Source: Pseudomonadota bacterium
GTDB taxonomy: Bacteria > Bdellovibrionota > Bdellovibrionia > Bdellovibrionales > SG-bin7
Reading direction: 5' to 3'
Assembly (NCBI GenBank): GCA_034439715.1
Contig: JAWXAY010000065.1
Span: forward strand, 1 to 53,024
DNA length: 53,024 bases
Positions 35,169 to 45,618 of the stretch are shown here, in pieces. Within the stretch, counting starts at the first letter, position 1. Each line of letters opens with the position of its first letter. The position numbers and the translations under genes are program-made. A model generated the notes under the pieces. It had not been told where the DNA came from, did not search any database, and saw nothing but the letters and a program-made list of their open reading frames with translations.

Positions 35169-36833
35169 CTACTCTAACTGAGCAGCAGGTAAGCGAAACT
35201 CCAGTGGTTTAGTCTGCAGCTTATTGGATAGCCACTCTGCCAATACAAATCCGATGCGGGCGTCAGAAGTATAAATATTGTGAACTGACATAAAACTATT
35301 AGGCTGATTGAGTACTCCAGGACCAAAACCATTAATAACCATAAGGCGTTTTTTTGTCGCAGGAGAGAGCACATTTACAACATTCGCAAGCTGCTGACTG
35401 GCGATATAAACCACGCCGAAAGATTTATGGTGAATCTTAAACTGCCGGTCTATGTTCTGCCGAGACATTTCGGAAAGACCAAAGTGCAGAGTCCGATGAG
35501 AGTACTTTTGCTTAAAATAATTATGAAATGCATTTCTAGAAGAAAAAAGTAGGTAGGGATAACTACCAGCGCCAGAAATATCATGGCTAAAGGACTCAGT
35601 GGACTGTGTAAAAACATCTTTAATAATTTTATAAGAAAGATCAGAAACAGAACGACTTAAAATCAACGAGCGATAAGTTTTGAGCTTAGGTACTTGAATA
35701 TCTTCAAGCAGCCCCAACTCGTTTTTTGCTAAAAGAATTCGTTCTAGAGACTGATTTAGGCGGGACTCTGAAATATCCCCAGAATTTACAGCTTTTATCA
35801 TGGTCTTTACAGCGCTTTTTTGTGCCGACCGATTCCAGGCGATCATAATCATGTCCGCCCCAGCCAAAAAAGATTGAACGGCGCGTTCCCCAAGTGGCGA
35901 AGAGTCGTTAGCGCCCCTCATTTCGATGTCATCGGTTATGATTATTCCCTCAAAACCTAATTTATCCCGCAAAATATCTTTTAGTAAGACAGAGGAAAAT
36001 GTTGCAGGCAACCGCGACGAATCAACACTCGGGAAAGAAATATGTGCGGCCATTATGGCGACGGGATTGTATTGATTGATATTTCGATAGGGAGCCCAGT
36101 CGTTTTTATCGAGCTGCTCTATAGAATCCATTCGTACAGGCATTGCAAGATGGGAGTCAGTGTAGCCGCCCCCGTGCCCAGGAAAATGTTTAAAAGTCGG
36201 AACAATCTTGGCCATTGTTAAACCATGAGCAAACGCGTGGGCCATTTGTGCGGTTTGAGCAGCGCCGAAGCCAAAGGCGCGATTGCCAATAAAAGATTTT
36301 TCATCATTATGAATTGTGTCCAACACCGGAGCCAAATTCATGTTGAATCCCAGTGAACTGAGCAACAACCCAGTGTAATATCCCATGCGGTCCACGAGGT
36401 CGGTATCATTGGATAAGGCAATGCTGAGGGCGCTTGGCAGCGGCGGATTCAAGCGGATGCGACTGACAAAGCCACCCTCTTGATCGACAGCCACAAACAT
36501 GGGGACTCTCGCCTGAGTCTGAGCATAAACCTGAGATCTAAAAATGAGCTTGGACGTCTGTCGGGCTGACTTTATATTTCGACTAAAAAACAAAATCCCG
36601 CCGGGCTTTACATCACGAATAATAGATCTTAGGCCATCTTCGGGGGTGAGCCCAGAGAAGCCCACAAGAAAAAGTTGACCCACCCTTTGTTCGATTGTCA
36701 TTTCTTGTATTAACTTCTTTACCCGCAAAACTTTCGTCGAGGTATCATCTTGGCCGAAGGCACTGAAGTTTATTAAATTCACAATTATAATGCTCCCAAC
36801 AAAGAGCAAGACGAAAGACAAAAATTTTTTCAT
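35169..36833 (-). CDS. Secreted glycoside hydrolase family 3, beta-N-acetylhexosaminidase (NagZ-like)
   Basis: Signal peptide, AVDQEGG, NLAPV, KHFPGHG....DSH, ITDDIEMRG, extra C-terminal domain. Confidence 0.88.
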   Translation of the reverse strand: MKKFLSFVLLFVGSIIIVNLINFSAFGQDDTSTKVLRVKKLIQEMTIEQRVGQLFLVGFSGLTPEDGLRSIIRDVKPGGILFFSRNIKSARQTSKLIFRSQVYAQTQARVPMFVAVDQEGGFVSRIRLNPPLPSALSIALSNDTDLVDRMGYYTGLLLSSLGFNMNLAPVLDTIHNDEKSFIGNRAFGFGAAQTAQMAHAFAHGLTMAKIVPTFKHFPGHGGGYTDSHLAMPVRMDSIEQLDKNDWAPYRNINQYNPVAIMAAHISFPSVDSSRLPATFSSVLLKDILRDKLGFEGIIITDDIEMRGANDSSPLGERAVQSFLAGADMIMIAWNRSAQKSAVKTMIKAVNSGDISESRLNQSLERILLAKNELGLLEDIQVPKLKTYRSLILSRSVSDLSYKIIKDVFTQSTESFSHDISGAGSYPYLLFSSRNAFHNYFKQKYSHRTLHFGLSEMSRQNIDRQFKIHHKSFGVVYIASQQLANVVNVLSPATKKRLMVINGFGPGVLNQPNSFMSVHNIYTSDARIGFVLAEWLSNKLQTKPLEFRLPAAQLE

Positions 36834-36903
36834 AGAGGAACTAAATAAATAATATCACAGCCGTTGAAATAATTATCTAGTATACTGGTTGTTGATGATA
36901 AAA

Positions 36904-37677
36904 ATGAAACTAAGGTCCCGTTTTGTAGCGCTAGCACTGTTAGCATTCCTACCGGAATTGGCATTCGGAGAAGAGCTAGAAGAAAAATCGGTAGAACCAA
37001 ATAGCGGCTATGTCGCCGAAGAATTTATCAATTACAAAATTGCAGAAAACCCACTGGATAGGATTCCACCTTATCGTGACAGAAGAGAAAGCTCGGGCGC
37101 AATGCTGTCGGTGGGATACGGGCAGTTTCAGCCAACCGAATACCAGCCACAATTCGTGGTCGAGAGTTATGATGAAGTATATTCAACCGATGAGACTGGT
37201 CTCTATGATATATCGCTGGCCTATAAGCTCAATTTTTTTCTTGGCTCGCTTTCGCTCGGTATAGGAGTGGGAGTGGCTTCTTCGCTATCCGCAGATATAG
37301 CACTGTTTGGAGATAGCGAAGTGAAATTCATTCCCTATCGCATTGAGGTTACCTTTGCTCTGGATACGCTTTTTCCGCAGCCAATACTAGTTCCTTATGG
37401 AATGCTGGGCGCATATGCGGTTTACTACTCTGAGACAGAAGGATCAAAATCGGCAAGTGGTACAACGGAAGCCGCGTTATTTTTTGCTGGTGGCGCGAGT
37501 TTACAAATGGACTGGTTGTTTCCTGAGGAAGCGCTTGCGGCCTATAAAGAAAACGGACAAGAAAGCACCTTTCTTTATGTCGAAGGTCGAAAATATCTGG
37601 CTTCGTCGCAAACGCCTTCGGACCCTGATTTTGAAACAGATATTATGTGGAATGTCGGGGTCAAGCTAGAGTTTTAA
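36904..37677 (+). CDS. Outer-membrane beta-barrel protein, resembles the myxobacterial MXAN_2562 family
   Basis: Signal peptide, amphipathic strands, IP......F.LD.....LVPY...G and LQMDWL.PE.......G...TFLYVE patterns, terminal-Phe beta-signal VGVKLEF; start 36889-36904. Confidence 0.65.
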   Translation: MKLRSRFVALALLAFLPELAFGEELEEKSVEPNSGYVAEEFINYKIAENPLDRIPPYRDRRESSGAMLSVGYGQFQPTEYQPQFVVESYDEVYSTDETGLYDISLAYKLNFFLGSLSLGIGVGVASSLSADIALFGDSEVKFIPYRIEVTFALDTLFPQPILVPYGMLGAYAVYYSETEGSKSASGTTEAALFFAGGASLQMDWLFPEEALAAYKENGQESTFLYVEGRKYLASSQTPSDPDFETDIMWNVGVKLEF

Positions 37678-40600
37678 GTGTCGGACAAAGCTTTGTTAAA
37701 TAGGTAAGTTCTTCAAAAATATTTGGCCAGGTGATTTCGTTCATGCGGATATTAAGGCGATTATCTTTTGTTAGCGAAAACTTTTTATTTGGAAGGCTCG
37801 CGAGGCGAACGATTTCATTGCTGGGCATAGGAGTTTTGTCGGTAAAGGCCAAGGAGATTGATTTCAATCCAGAGCTCAAGTCGCGTAGGCGTAGAACTTT
37901 TGCAATGCTTCGAACCAACATTAATCCCATGAGATTGGCAGTCACCTCTGGGACAGCGCCAAACTGATCGCGCAGTTCGTCTTCAAGATGATCAATGTCT
38001 TCGTGGGTTTTAATTCGACTGAGTGATTTATAATAGGCCAAGCGGATACGTATATCCGAAATGTAGGTATCCGGAATGAGGGCAGGAATTTTAATATTAA
38101 TGTCTGGCTCTGGCGCTAAGTCTATTGGCGGCTCGCCGCGTGCTGTGTGGAGAGCCTCCTCTAGGAGTTCATAATAGAGCTCGAAACCAACTGAAGAAAT
38201 ATGGCCGGACTGATCTTCTCCTAATATATTACCTGCGCCACGGAGTTCTAGATCGTAATGAGCAACTTTAAATCCGCTGCCCAGAGCAGTATTTTCTTGA
38301 ATTACTTTTAAACGCTCTTGGGCTTCCTTTTCAAGGCGTCCGGAGTCGGGAAGCAAGAGATAACAGTAGGCGCGCTTTTTTGAACGACCAATTCGTCCGC
38401 GAAGTTGGTAAAGCTGACTCAACCCAAAAGTTTCAGCGCGATCAATGAACATAGTGTTTGCATTTGGAATGTCCATTCCTGACTCGATAATTGTTGTGCA
38501 CAAAAGGATATCGATTTCTTTTTTAAAAAATGCCACAATAATATCTTCGAGTTGCTTGGCCTCCATTTGACCGTGAGCTACAGAAATTTTAACGTCTGGC
38601 AAAAACTCCTTAAGCCGATCATGAACGCCAAAAATGCTCTCGATGCGATTGTGAACAAAAAATATTTGGCCGCCGCGAGCGAGTTCAGCACGCACGGCTT
38701 TCTTGACGGTTTCTTCGTCAAACTTACAAATAAAGGTTCTCACCGGAAGGCGATCAACTGGAGCAGTGGATATAAGGCTGATGTCTCGAATACCTACGAG
38801 GCTCATATTTAAAGTCCTGGGTATTGGTGTCGCCGACATTGCAAGGGTATCAATGTGCGAACACATCTGGCGAATTTTCTCTTTGTGAATGACGCCAAAC
38901 TTATGTTCTTCATCAACGACCATTAGTCCTAAATTAGAAAGGCTGACGTCTTTACTGAGGACACGGTGAGTACCAATTAAAATATCTACTTTTCCCGCGG
39001 CCAGCTCCTTTAGAGTTTTATTAACATCCGTGCGTGAAACAAAGCGATTTAGTAGACGGATTTCAACAGGCCATCCTGCGAATCGTCGCTTAAAAGTCTC
39101 AAAGTGTTGATAGGTAAGAACAGTGGTAGGCGCTAAATTAACAGCGAGTTTTTTATTTTGCACACAGACAAAGGCAGCGCGCATGGCAACCTCTGTTTTT
39201 CCAAAACCAACGTCGCCACAAATAAGACGATCCATTGGCGTTTTTTTCGAGAAATCTTTCAAGATATCGCGAATGGTTTTTTCTTGATCGGCAGTTTCGT
39301 CGTAGGGAAAGGCAGCTTCAAACTGAAAGTATTCCTGCTCAATGGGCACCATAGGAGGGCGCCCAATCAGCTGGCGGGCGGCATAGAGCTTTAAAAGATC
39401 AGCGGCTACATCTCGCAGCTTACTTCTGACTTTAATTTTTGTTTGCTCAAAGCTACCGCTGCCGAGCCGGTCTATTAAAAATTGTGAAGAGGGGCCTGAG
39501 AATTTTTGAATTTGTTCAATGCGATAAACGGGGAGGTAAAGCTTATCATTATCCTTATAGCGGAGAGCGATGAACTCGGAATCAACGCCCTGAATGCTCA
39601 ATTTCTTAAGGCCATCAAAAAAACCGATGCCGTGCTCTATGTGGACAATGAGGTCGCCCACTTTTAAATCAGCAAAGCTGAGTGAGCGGACTTTATCAAG
39701 TGCTGACTGGCTCTTACTTTCTTTGGATCGGGACTTTTTAGTTCCGAGCAAAAAGGACTCATCAAGAATAACGATTTTTTCTTCTTGAAAGTGATAGTTC
39801 TGCGAAATAGGTCTTGGTAAAACATGAACGAGACCTAATTTTTCCGTTTGCTCTTGTCCCCAAAGTTGCCATTGAAAGTCAGAGTCTTCTAGCAAGCGCA
39901 AATTAATGTCTGAGTCTTGAAACAGGCTCTTTAGGCGCTGCCTTTTTACGGGACTCGGTGCCGAAATATAAACCTGGTAACCCTGAGTCTTCCAATCATG
40001 GATCATTTGCGTGACTACCTTGGCATTATTTTGTTCCGAGCCCTTGGGGCCAGGAAGTACCGGCTGACTTTTATAAACTACATTAGCTAAGGCATCCTCC
40101 TCTTCGTCAATCCCCGCGGCCAGCGAAACTTTAATTTTAGATAGCCGTATTAAAGTATGTCCCTCAAGCGTGGACATATGCGGGGCGTAGAGCTCCGAGG
40201 GCTCAGGAAAAATGGGCTCCGAAAAGGCGAGTTTGGCTTCGGATTTCAATTTGGTCTGGAAGTCATCAGTTGCCCGCATCAAACCCATTGAATCCAAAAG
40301 CCACACGCACAATGGGCGTTCAAAATAGGAAATGGGCAAAGCCAGCGATTCGTAAAATCCCGAAAGTAAATAATCGACACCATTGAAAAACTCGCCTCGA
40401 GCTAATTGTTGCAGGGCGCTCTCGTATTGCTTTTTGGGAACTCCGCGAAGCTCGCAATTTTTCTTCATAGCAGTAGCTGCGCGTTGGCGTGTGTCGCTGT
40501 TAAAAATAATTTCCCGCGCAGGAATAATATCGACAGCCTCGCAGGGGCCAATAGTGCGCTGGGTTTCGGGATCAAAAAATCTCAATGAGTCGACCACGTC

Positions 40601-41197
40601 ACCAAAGAGTTCTATGCGAACGGGCCGTTCATGAGCAGGCGAGAAGACGTCTAAAATACCCCCCCGAATCGAAAAATGGCCCACATCTTCGACTAGAGGG
40701 GTAGAGAAATAACCAATGTTACCTAGCGCCTCAGTCAGACTAGGTGGAAGAGCAACGCCCACAGTAATTTTTAAAATATTTTTTAAGAAAACGTTTTTGG
40801 GCAGAGTTTTTTGAAAAAGGGAATCAATGGGCGAAACAAAAACAGATCCAGCGGTAGATTTTAAGGCGGCGTTGAGCCAAGAAAGTCTTTCTGATATCGT
40901 CCGACTATTGGGGAAAAGTCCTGAGTAGGGAGAAACATCAAATGTTGGCAAAATCGGGCAGGCAACATCGGGAGCAAAAAAAGAAATATCTTCTTTAAAT
41001 TTTTGCGCAGTCTCATTGTCTGCGACAACAACCAAATGAGAAAAATAATCCTCTTGAGAAAGATGGATGCTTGCCAAAAAGGCAGCAAGTCCTGTCACAT
41101 CCGAAGTACCAACAATCTCCAAATTTTTTCTTCTGCCCTCCACGGCCCGACGAAAAAGAGATTCAATACCTGAATGAAAAGGATCTACCGAGTTCAT
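37661..41197 (-). CDS. mfd: Transcription-repair coupling factor
   Basis: RGGILD, HIEHGIG, GDVGFGKTEVA, DEEH, SATPIPRT, QLRGRIGR, RGAGNILG. Confidence 0.97.
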   Translation of the reverse strand: MNSVDPFHSGIESLFRRAVEGRRKNLEIVGTSDVTGLAAFLASIHLSQEDYFSHLVVVADNETAQKFKEDISFFAPDVACPILPTFDVSPYSGLFPNSRTISERLSWLNAALKSTAGSVFVSPIDSLFQKTLPKNVFLKNILKITVGVALPPSLTEALGNIGYFSTPLVEDVGHFSIRGGILDVFSPAHERPVRIELFGDVVDSLRFFDPETQRTIGPCEAVDIIPAREIIFNSDTRQRAATAMKKNCELRGVPKKQYESALQQLARGEFFNGVDYLLSGFYESLALPISYFERPLCVWLLDSMGLMRATDDFQTKLKSEAKLAFSEPIFPEPSELYAPHMSTLEGHTLIRLSKIKVSLAAGIDEEEDALANVVYKSQPVLPGPKGSEQNNAKVVTQMIHDWKTQGYQVYISAPSPVKRQRLKSLFQDSDINLRLLEDSDFQWQLWGQEQTEKLGLVHVLPRPISQNYHFQEEKIVILDESFLLGTKKSRSKESKSQSALDKVRSLSFADLKVGDLIVHIEHGIGFFDGLKKLSIQGVDSEFIALRYKDNDKLYLPVYRIEQIQKFSGPSSQFLIDRLGSGSFEQTKIKVRSKLRDVAADLLKLYAARQLIGRPPMVPIEQEYFQFEAAFPYDETADQEKTIRDILKDFSKKTPMDRLICGDVGFGKTEVAMRAAFVCVQNKKLAVNLAPTTVLTYQHFETFKRRFAGWPVEIRLLNRFVSRTDVNKTLKELAAGKVDILIGTHRVLSKDVSLSNLGLMVVDEEHKFGVIHKEKIRQMCSHIDTLAMSATPIPRTLNMSLVGIRDISLISTAPVDRLPVRTFICKFDEETVKKAVRAELARGGQIFFVHNRIESIFGVHDRLKEFLPDVKISVAHGQMEAKQLEDIIVAFFKKEIDILLCTTIIESGMDIPNANTMFIDRAETFGLSQLYQLRGRIGRSKKRAYCYLLLPDSGRLEKEAQERLKVIQENTALGSGFKVAHYDLELRGAGNILGEDQSGHISSVGFELYYELLEEALHTARGEPPIDLAPEPDINIKIPALIPDTYISDIRIRLAYYKSLSRIKTHEDIDHLEDELRDQFGAVPEVTANLMGLMLVRSIAKVLRLRDLSSGLKSISLAFTDKTPMPSNEIVRLASLPNKKFSLTKDNRLNIRMNEITWPNIFEELTYLTKLCPTLKTLA

Positions 41198-41288
41198 GAG
41201 CTCCCGCGCCGCCTCGCGCCAATTGCCGAAACTATATTTGGATTTATCATTATTCCCTCGGTATAACTAAAGGAAACTTATTGTGTAG

Positions 41289-41321
41289 TCATCCTGTTTT
41301 ATCATCTTGTTTTATCATCTT
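41289..41321 (+). repeat. 13-bp tandem repeat (2.5 copies) immediately before the nuoA RBS
   Basis: TCATCCTGTTTTA TCATCTTGTTTTA TCATCTT. Confidence 0.8.
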
Positions 41322-41329
41322 AGAGGCAT

Positions 41330-41695
41330 ATGAGTGTAGTGTTGCCGGTTTTGATTTTGGGTGCCCTCGTAATTTTGTTCGGCGGCGGTCTCATATTTCT
41401 TGTTTCTTTTCTTGGTCCCAGCAAACCCTCAGCAGAAAAAAGCATGCCCTATGAGTGCGGACTTGTGGGGGTCGAAAAGCGGGACACAAAGGTATCTGTT
41501 AAATATTATCTTGTGGCAATTTTATTTATTCTATTTGATATCGAAGTTATTTTTATGTACCCGTGGGCCATAATATATAAGTCCAACCTCGCCGAAGCGG
41601 GAACCTTTCTATTTATTGAGATGATGTTTTTTATGGCCATATTAATATTTGGGCTTTTCTATATTTGGAAGGCCGGCGCACTTGATTGGGAATAG
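41330..41695 (+). CDS. nuoA: NADH-quinone oxidoreductase subunit A
   Basis: PYECG, LFILFDIE, GALDW. Confidence 0.95.
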   Translation: MSVVLPVLILGALVILFGGGLIFLVSFLGPSKPSAEKSMPYECGLVGVEKRDTKVSVKYYLVAILFILFDIEVIFMYPWAIIYKSNLAEAGTFLFIEMMFFMAILIFGLFYIWKAGALDWE

Positions 41696-41698
41696 CTG

Positions 41699-42805
41699 AT
41701 GGGCGGCGATGCTTTTGAAGTCACAGTCAATCTAGTTAAAATGGCAGTCATTTTTTTGATGATGGTACAGATGGTGCCAATCCTTGTGTGGGCCGAAAGA
41801 CGTGGCTCTGCTTTTATTCAAAATCGTTTCGGACCTAACCGTGTTGGACCACTTGGTCTGACCCAGCTACTTGCCGATGCCGTAAAATTTATAATGAAAG
41901 AAGAATTTGTTCCTGGAAAAGCTACAGCACTTCTTTTTTATGCGGCACCGGTGGTGGCGCTAATTCCCGCGGCGTTATCCTTGGCGGCAATCCCCTACTC
42001 AGTTCCAGTTCACGTTGAGGCTTTTGGCGAATATGGTCCCTATGTATTTAACATTCAGGGATATGAGGCCGGACTTGGCATTTTATTTATTCTTTCAGTA
42101 TCTTCTTTGGGCGCCTATTCAATTCTCATGGCGGGTTACGGATCGGCCAATAAATATTCTTTGATGGGAGCACTTCGAGCAAGCGCCCAGATGGTATCCT
42201 ACGAGCTAGCATTGTCTCTGTCTGTCATCGGTGTAGTCTTGATATATGGCACGCTAAATCTTTCCGAAATAATAAAATTGCAAGAGGGCGTAAAGTTTGG
42301 ACTGCCAAACTGGGGTATTCTTTATCAGCCCCTAGGGTTTGTTTTATTTTTTTCTTGTGCCTTTGCTGAATGTAATAGGCTTCCGTTTGATCTTTCAGAG
42401 GCCGAAGGGGAATTAGTCGCTGGATTTCACACCGAGTACGGCGGTTTTAAAATGCTTTTATTTTTTATGGGAGAATATGGTCACATGATGGTGGCCTCAT
42501 GTCTTGCAACCATTTTCTATTTTGGCGGATATAATATTCCCTACTGCACTCCCACTGAAGTCCTGCAGATTTTGGAAACTAAATTTGCCTCGAGTACAGT
42601 GGCTAGCCTCCTTACTTCGTTGGTTTTCTTGATATCTTTTTTAATAAAGGTAGGTTTTTTTCTTTGGCTATTTATTTGGGTTCGCTGGACGCTCCCGCGA
42701 TTTCGCTACGACCAATTAATGAATTTGGGATGGAAGAAAATGTTGCCCTGGTCGCTCTTCAATCTTATTTTGACTGCGGCAGCAATGTTGATTTTGAAGG
42801 GATGA
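41699..42805 (+). CDS. nuoH: NADH-quinone oxidoreductase subunit H
   Basis: ERR....QNRFGPNRVG, ADAVK, SYE, RLPFDLSEAEGELVAGFHTEY, PRFRYDQL. Confidence 0.96.
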   Translation: MGGDAFEVTVNLVKMAVIFLMMVQMVPILVWAERRGSAFIQNRFGPNRVGPLGLTQLLADAVKFIMKEEFVPGKATALLFYAAPVVALIPAALSLAAIPYSVPVHVEAFGEYGPYVFNIQGYEAGLGILFILSVSSLGAYSILMAGYGSANKYSLMGALRASAQMVSYELALSLSVIGVVLIYGTLNLSEIIKLQEGVKFGLPNWGILYQPLGFVLFFSCAFAECNRLPFDLSEAEGELVAGFHTEYGGFKMLLFFMGEYGHMMVASCLATIFYFGGYNIPYCTPTEVLQILETKFASSTVASLLTSLVFLISFLIKVGFFLWLFIWVRWTLPRFRYDQLMNLGWKKMLPWSLFNLILTAAAMLILKG

Positions 42806-42808
42806 TAA

Positions 42809-43336
42809 ATGTTTAGCTCTTATGACATAGTATTTTATTTGTTAGCGCTCTTCGCGCTTTTTTCGGCTTTTGGTGTAGTGACATCGGCCAGCCCTATTTA
42901 TTCAGCCTTCTTTCTTGTTTTGGCGATGATGGATATAGCTTGCCTATTTGTAATGTTGGGAGCTTTTTTTATTGCAGGAGTTCAGCTCATTGTTTATGCG
43001 GGAGCAGTCGTTGTTTTATTTGTAATGGTACTTATGCTGTTTAATCTCCATCAAGAGACCGAAGCCTTTAGCCGCGGAACCATTTCAGGGATGGCAAAAC
43101 TAGGAGTGACCGGGCTCCTTTGCGGAATATTAGCTACTACGCTTTTTCATTTTGCTTCGACAGCAAAGACTATTGCCGCTGAAATTGGACCAGAAGAATC
43201 TACCGAAAAACTAGCGAAGCTATTATTTTCAGATTATCTTTTTGGTTTTGAAGCCATTAGTATTTTAATTTTAGTGGTCGCGGTCGGCGCCGTGGCGCTG
43301 TCTCAGTTAAAGGGAGGCACGCATGCCAAATCTTAG
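42809..43336 (+). CDS. nuoJ: NADH-quinone oxidoreductase subunit J
   Basis: QLIVYAGAVVVLFVMV, FEAISIL. Confidence 0.94.
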   Translation: MFSSYDIVFYLLALFALFSAFGVVTSASPIYSAFFLVLAMMDIACLFVMLGAFFIAGVQLIVYAGAVVVLFVMVLMLFNLHQETEAFSRGTISGMAKLGVTGLLCGILATTLFHFASTAKTIAAEIGPEESTEKLAKLLFSDYLFGFEAISILILVVAVGAVALSQLKGGTHAKS

Positions 43337-43649
43337 TGTGATTGCAAACGTGGGCCTAGGCCACTACTTGGTCTTGGCAGCGATTATTTTTTGCATCGGA
43401 ATCATTGGAGTACTTCTCAGAAAAAATATTATAGTGATGATGATGTCAATTGAGCTCATGCTAAACGCTGTTAATTTGACCTTTGTATCATTGAGCCATT
43501 TTATGGGGTCGGCGGCAGGTCAGATCGCAGTGTTTTTTATTATGACCATTGCTGCAGCAGAGGCAGCCGTAGGCTTGGCTTTAGTGGTATTGATTTTTAA
43601 AAAATATGGTGAAGTTAATATAAAAATTTTCGAGCGTTTAAAAGGCTAA
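43323..43649 (+). CDS. nuoK: NADH-quinone oxidoreductase subunit K
   Basis: IELMLNAVN, AAAEAAVGLA. Confidence 0.96.
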   Translation: MPNLSVIANVGLGHYLVLAAIIFCIGIIGVLLRKNIIVMMMSIELMLNAVNLTFVSLSHFMGSAAGQIAVFFIMTIAAAEAAVGLALVVLIFKKYGEVNIKIFERLKG

Positions 43650-43661
43650 GGGGGAGATAGG

Positions 43662-45611
43662 GTGGATTTAAACGTTCTTGTCTGTACACTGGTTGCTGCG
43701 CCTCTTTTGGGGTTTCTCATAAATGGTTTTCGCTTTAGAAGCGAAAACGGAATCATTGCTGGTGTAATTGGTACCGCAAGCGTTATTACTTCATTTGTAT
43801 GTTCTGTTTTAGTTTGGCTATCTTTAGCTCAGCGGCCTGAGGCAGCGCGCTTTTTGCGTCTTCACCTGTTTAAGTGGGTTGAGGCCGGCGACTTTGTCGC
43901 CAATATCGGTTTTATCATTGATCCACTCAGTGTAATTATGCTTTTGGTTATCACCGGTGTGGGTTCACTGATTCATTTATTCAGCATAGGTTATATGTCT
44001 CACGATCATCGGCCGGCCAAATATTTTGCCTACTTAAATCTTTTTATCTTCAATATGTTGTTGTTGGTGCTGGGAGATAATTTGTTGTTGATGTTTGTGG
44101 GCTGGGAGGGCGTGGGCTTGTGTTCATACCTGCTGATTGGCTTTTGGTTTACTGATCAGGAGAAGGCGGCAGCCGGAATGAAGGCCTTCATAACAAATAG
44201 AATTGGAGACGCCGGATTCCTATTGGGAATTTTCATGCTTTTTATCGCCTCAGGTTCTGTAGATTTTTTTGAATTATGGCAATGGGCACCTTCGGTTACC
44301 GAAAGTGCTTGGCTCAGCCCCGTTACTCTAGCTTGTATATTTTTATTTATTGGCGCCATCGGAAAGTCGGCACAAATCCCGCTATATGTTTGGTTACCAG
44401 ACGCGATGGCTGGTCCAACTCCCGTTTCGGCACTTATCCATGCGGCTACAATGGTTACCGCTGGAGTTTATATGATCGTCAGATTAAACCCCGTTTTTAT
44501 AGTGGCTCCCAATGCCATGCTAATAGTAGCTTGGGTGGGCGCACTTACTGCATTTTTTGCAGCTACAATAGCCCTTACTCAAAATGATATTAAAAAAGTT
44601 TTGGCGTATTCTACGGTTTCTCAGCTGGGCTATATGTTTTTAGGCGCAGGAGTCGGCGCCTTTGGCGCAGCGATGTTTCATTTAGTAACGCATGCGTTTT
44701 TTAAGGCCCTAATGTTTTTAGGTGCGGGTAGCGTTATTCATGCCATGGCCGGCGAACAGGATATTCGTAAGATGGGGGGACTAAAGAAAAAAATGCCGAT
44801 CACCCATCTCACATTTTTTCTGGGTTGGCTCGCGATTATCGGCGTACCACCATTTGCCGGATTTTTTAGTAAAGATGAAATTTTGTGGTTGACCCTACAA
44901 TCTCCGCTGGGAAGCAAAATGCTATGGTTAATTGGTGGCGCGACTGCAGGTCTCACTGCTTTTTATATGACTCGACTTATGCTATTAACTTTTTGGGGCA
45001 AGAGTCGCGTACCTAAAGAAGTTCATCCCCATGAATCTCCAATGGTTATGACTTTTCCACTTATGATTTTAGGACTCCTATCCGTAATTGGTGGATGGAT
45101 AGGCGTGCCCCATGTGTTTGCAGAGTTGCCCGGCATTGGCGGACTATTTCACCACATTCCAAATATTTTAGAACATTGGCTCGATAAAAGTTTGTCTCCT
45201 ATACCTGGTATAGCAGAGGCCTCCGCCGCCCTTGAGTTTTCTGCAATGGCAAGTACGCTGCTTGTTGTGGGCGCGTCAGTTATAGCGGCGGTACTTTGCT
45301 ACTCGCCCAAAAACAATCTGAGCGAGAGAATATCGCTAAAATTTTCGGGCCTTCATCGTTTGCTGTTGAATAAATATTGGGTGGATGAGTTTTATTTTTC
45401 TCGCATAATTAATCCATTAATAGAATGCTCTCGCGGCCTGTGGCTTTATATTGACGTAAACTTTATAGATAGAATGACGTTTGTAGCCGGAGACATAGCA
45501 CGAGGTGCTGGAAGTTTCATGCGGGGTCTACAAAATGGAAACGTACAGTATTACGCGTTTTACATAGTAGCTGGTGTCGTGGGCGTAATTATGATGTGCA
45601 GTCAGTGGTGA
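43662..45611 (+). CDS. nuoL: NADH-quinone oxidoreductase subunit L
   Basis: GWEGVGLCSYLLIGFW, GKSAQIPL.VWLPDAMAGPTPVSALIHAATMV, HAFFKA. Confidence 0.97.
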   Translation: MDLNVLVCTLVAAPLLGFLINGFRFRSENGIIAGVIGTASVITSFVCSVLVWLSLAQRPEAARFLRLHLFKWVEAGDFVANIGFIIDPLSVIMLLVITGVGSLIHLFSIGYMSHDHRPAKYFAYLNLFIFNMLLLVLGDNLLLMFVGWEGVGLCSYLLIGFWFTDQEKAAAGMKAFITNRIGDAGFLLGIFMLFIASGSVDFFELWQWAPSVTESAWLSPVTLACIFLFIGAIGKSAQIPLYVWLPDAMAGPTPVSALIHAATMVTAGVYMIVRLNPVFIVAPNAMLIVAWVGALTAFFAATIALTQNDIKKVLAYSTVSQLGYMFLGAGVGAFGAAMFHLVTHAFFKALMFLGAGSVIHAMAGEQDIRKMGGLKKKMPITHLTFFLGWLAIIGVPPFAGFFSKDEILWLTLQSPLGSKMLWLIGGATAGLTAFYMTRLMLLTFWGKSRVPKEVHPHESPMVMTFPLMILGLLSVIGGWIGVPHVFAELPGIGGLFHHIPNILEHWLDKSLSPIPGIAEASAALEFSAMASTLLVVGASVIAAVLCYSPKNNLSERISLKFSGLHRLLLNKYWVDEFYFSRIINPLIECSRGLWLYIDVNFIDRMTFVAGDIARGAGSFMRGLQNGNVQYYAFYIVAGVVGVIMMCSQW

Positions 45612-45618
45612 GGTTGTA

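Noticed and set aside
39026..39041. parS-like half site CGTGAAACA inside mfd
   Set aside because: The left half does not match; not palindromic
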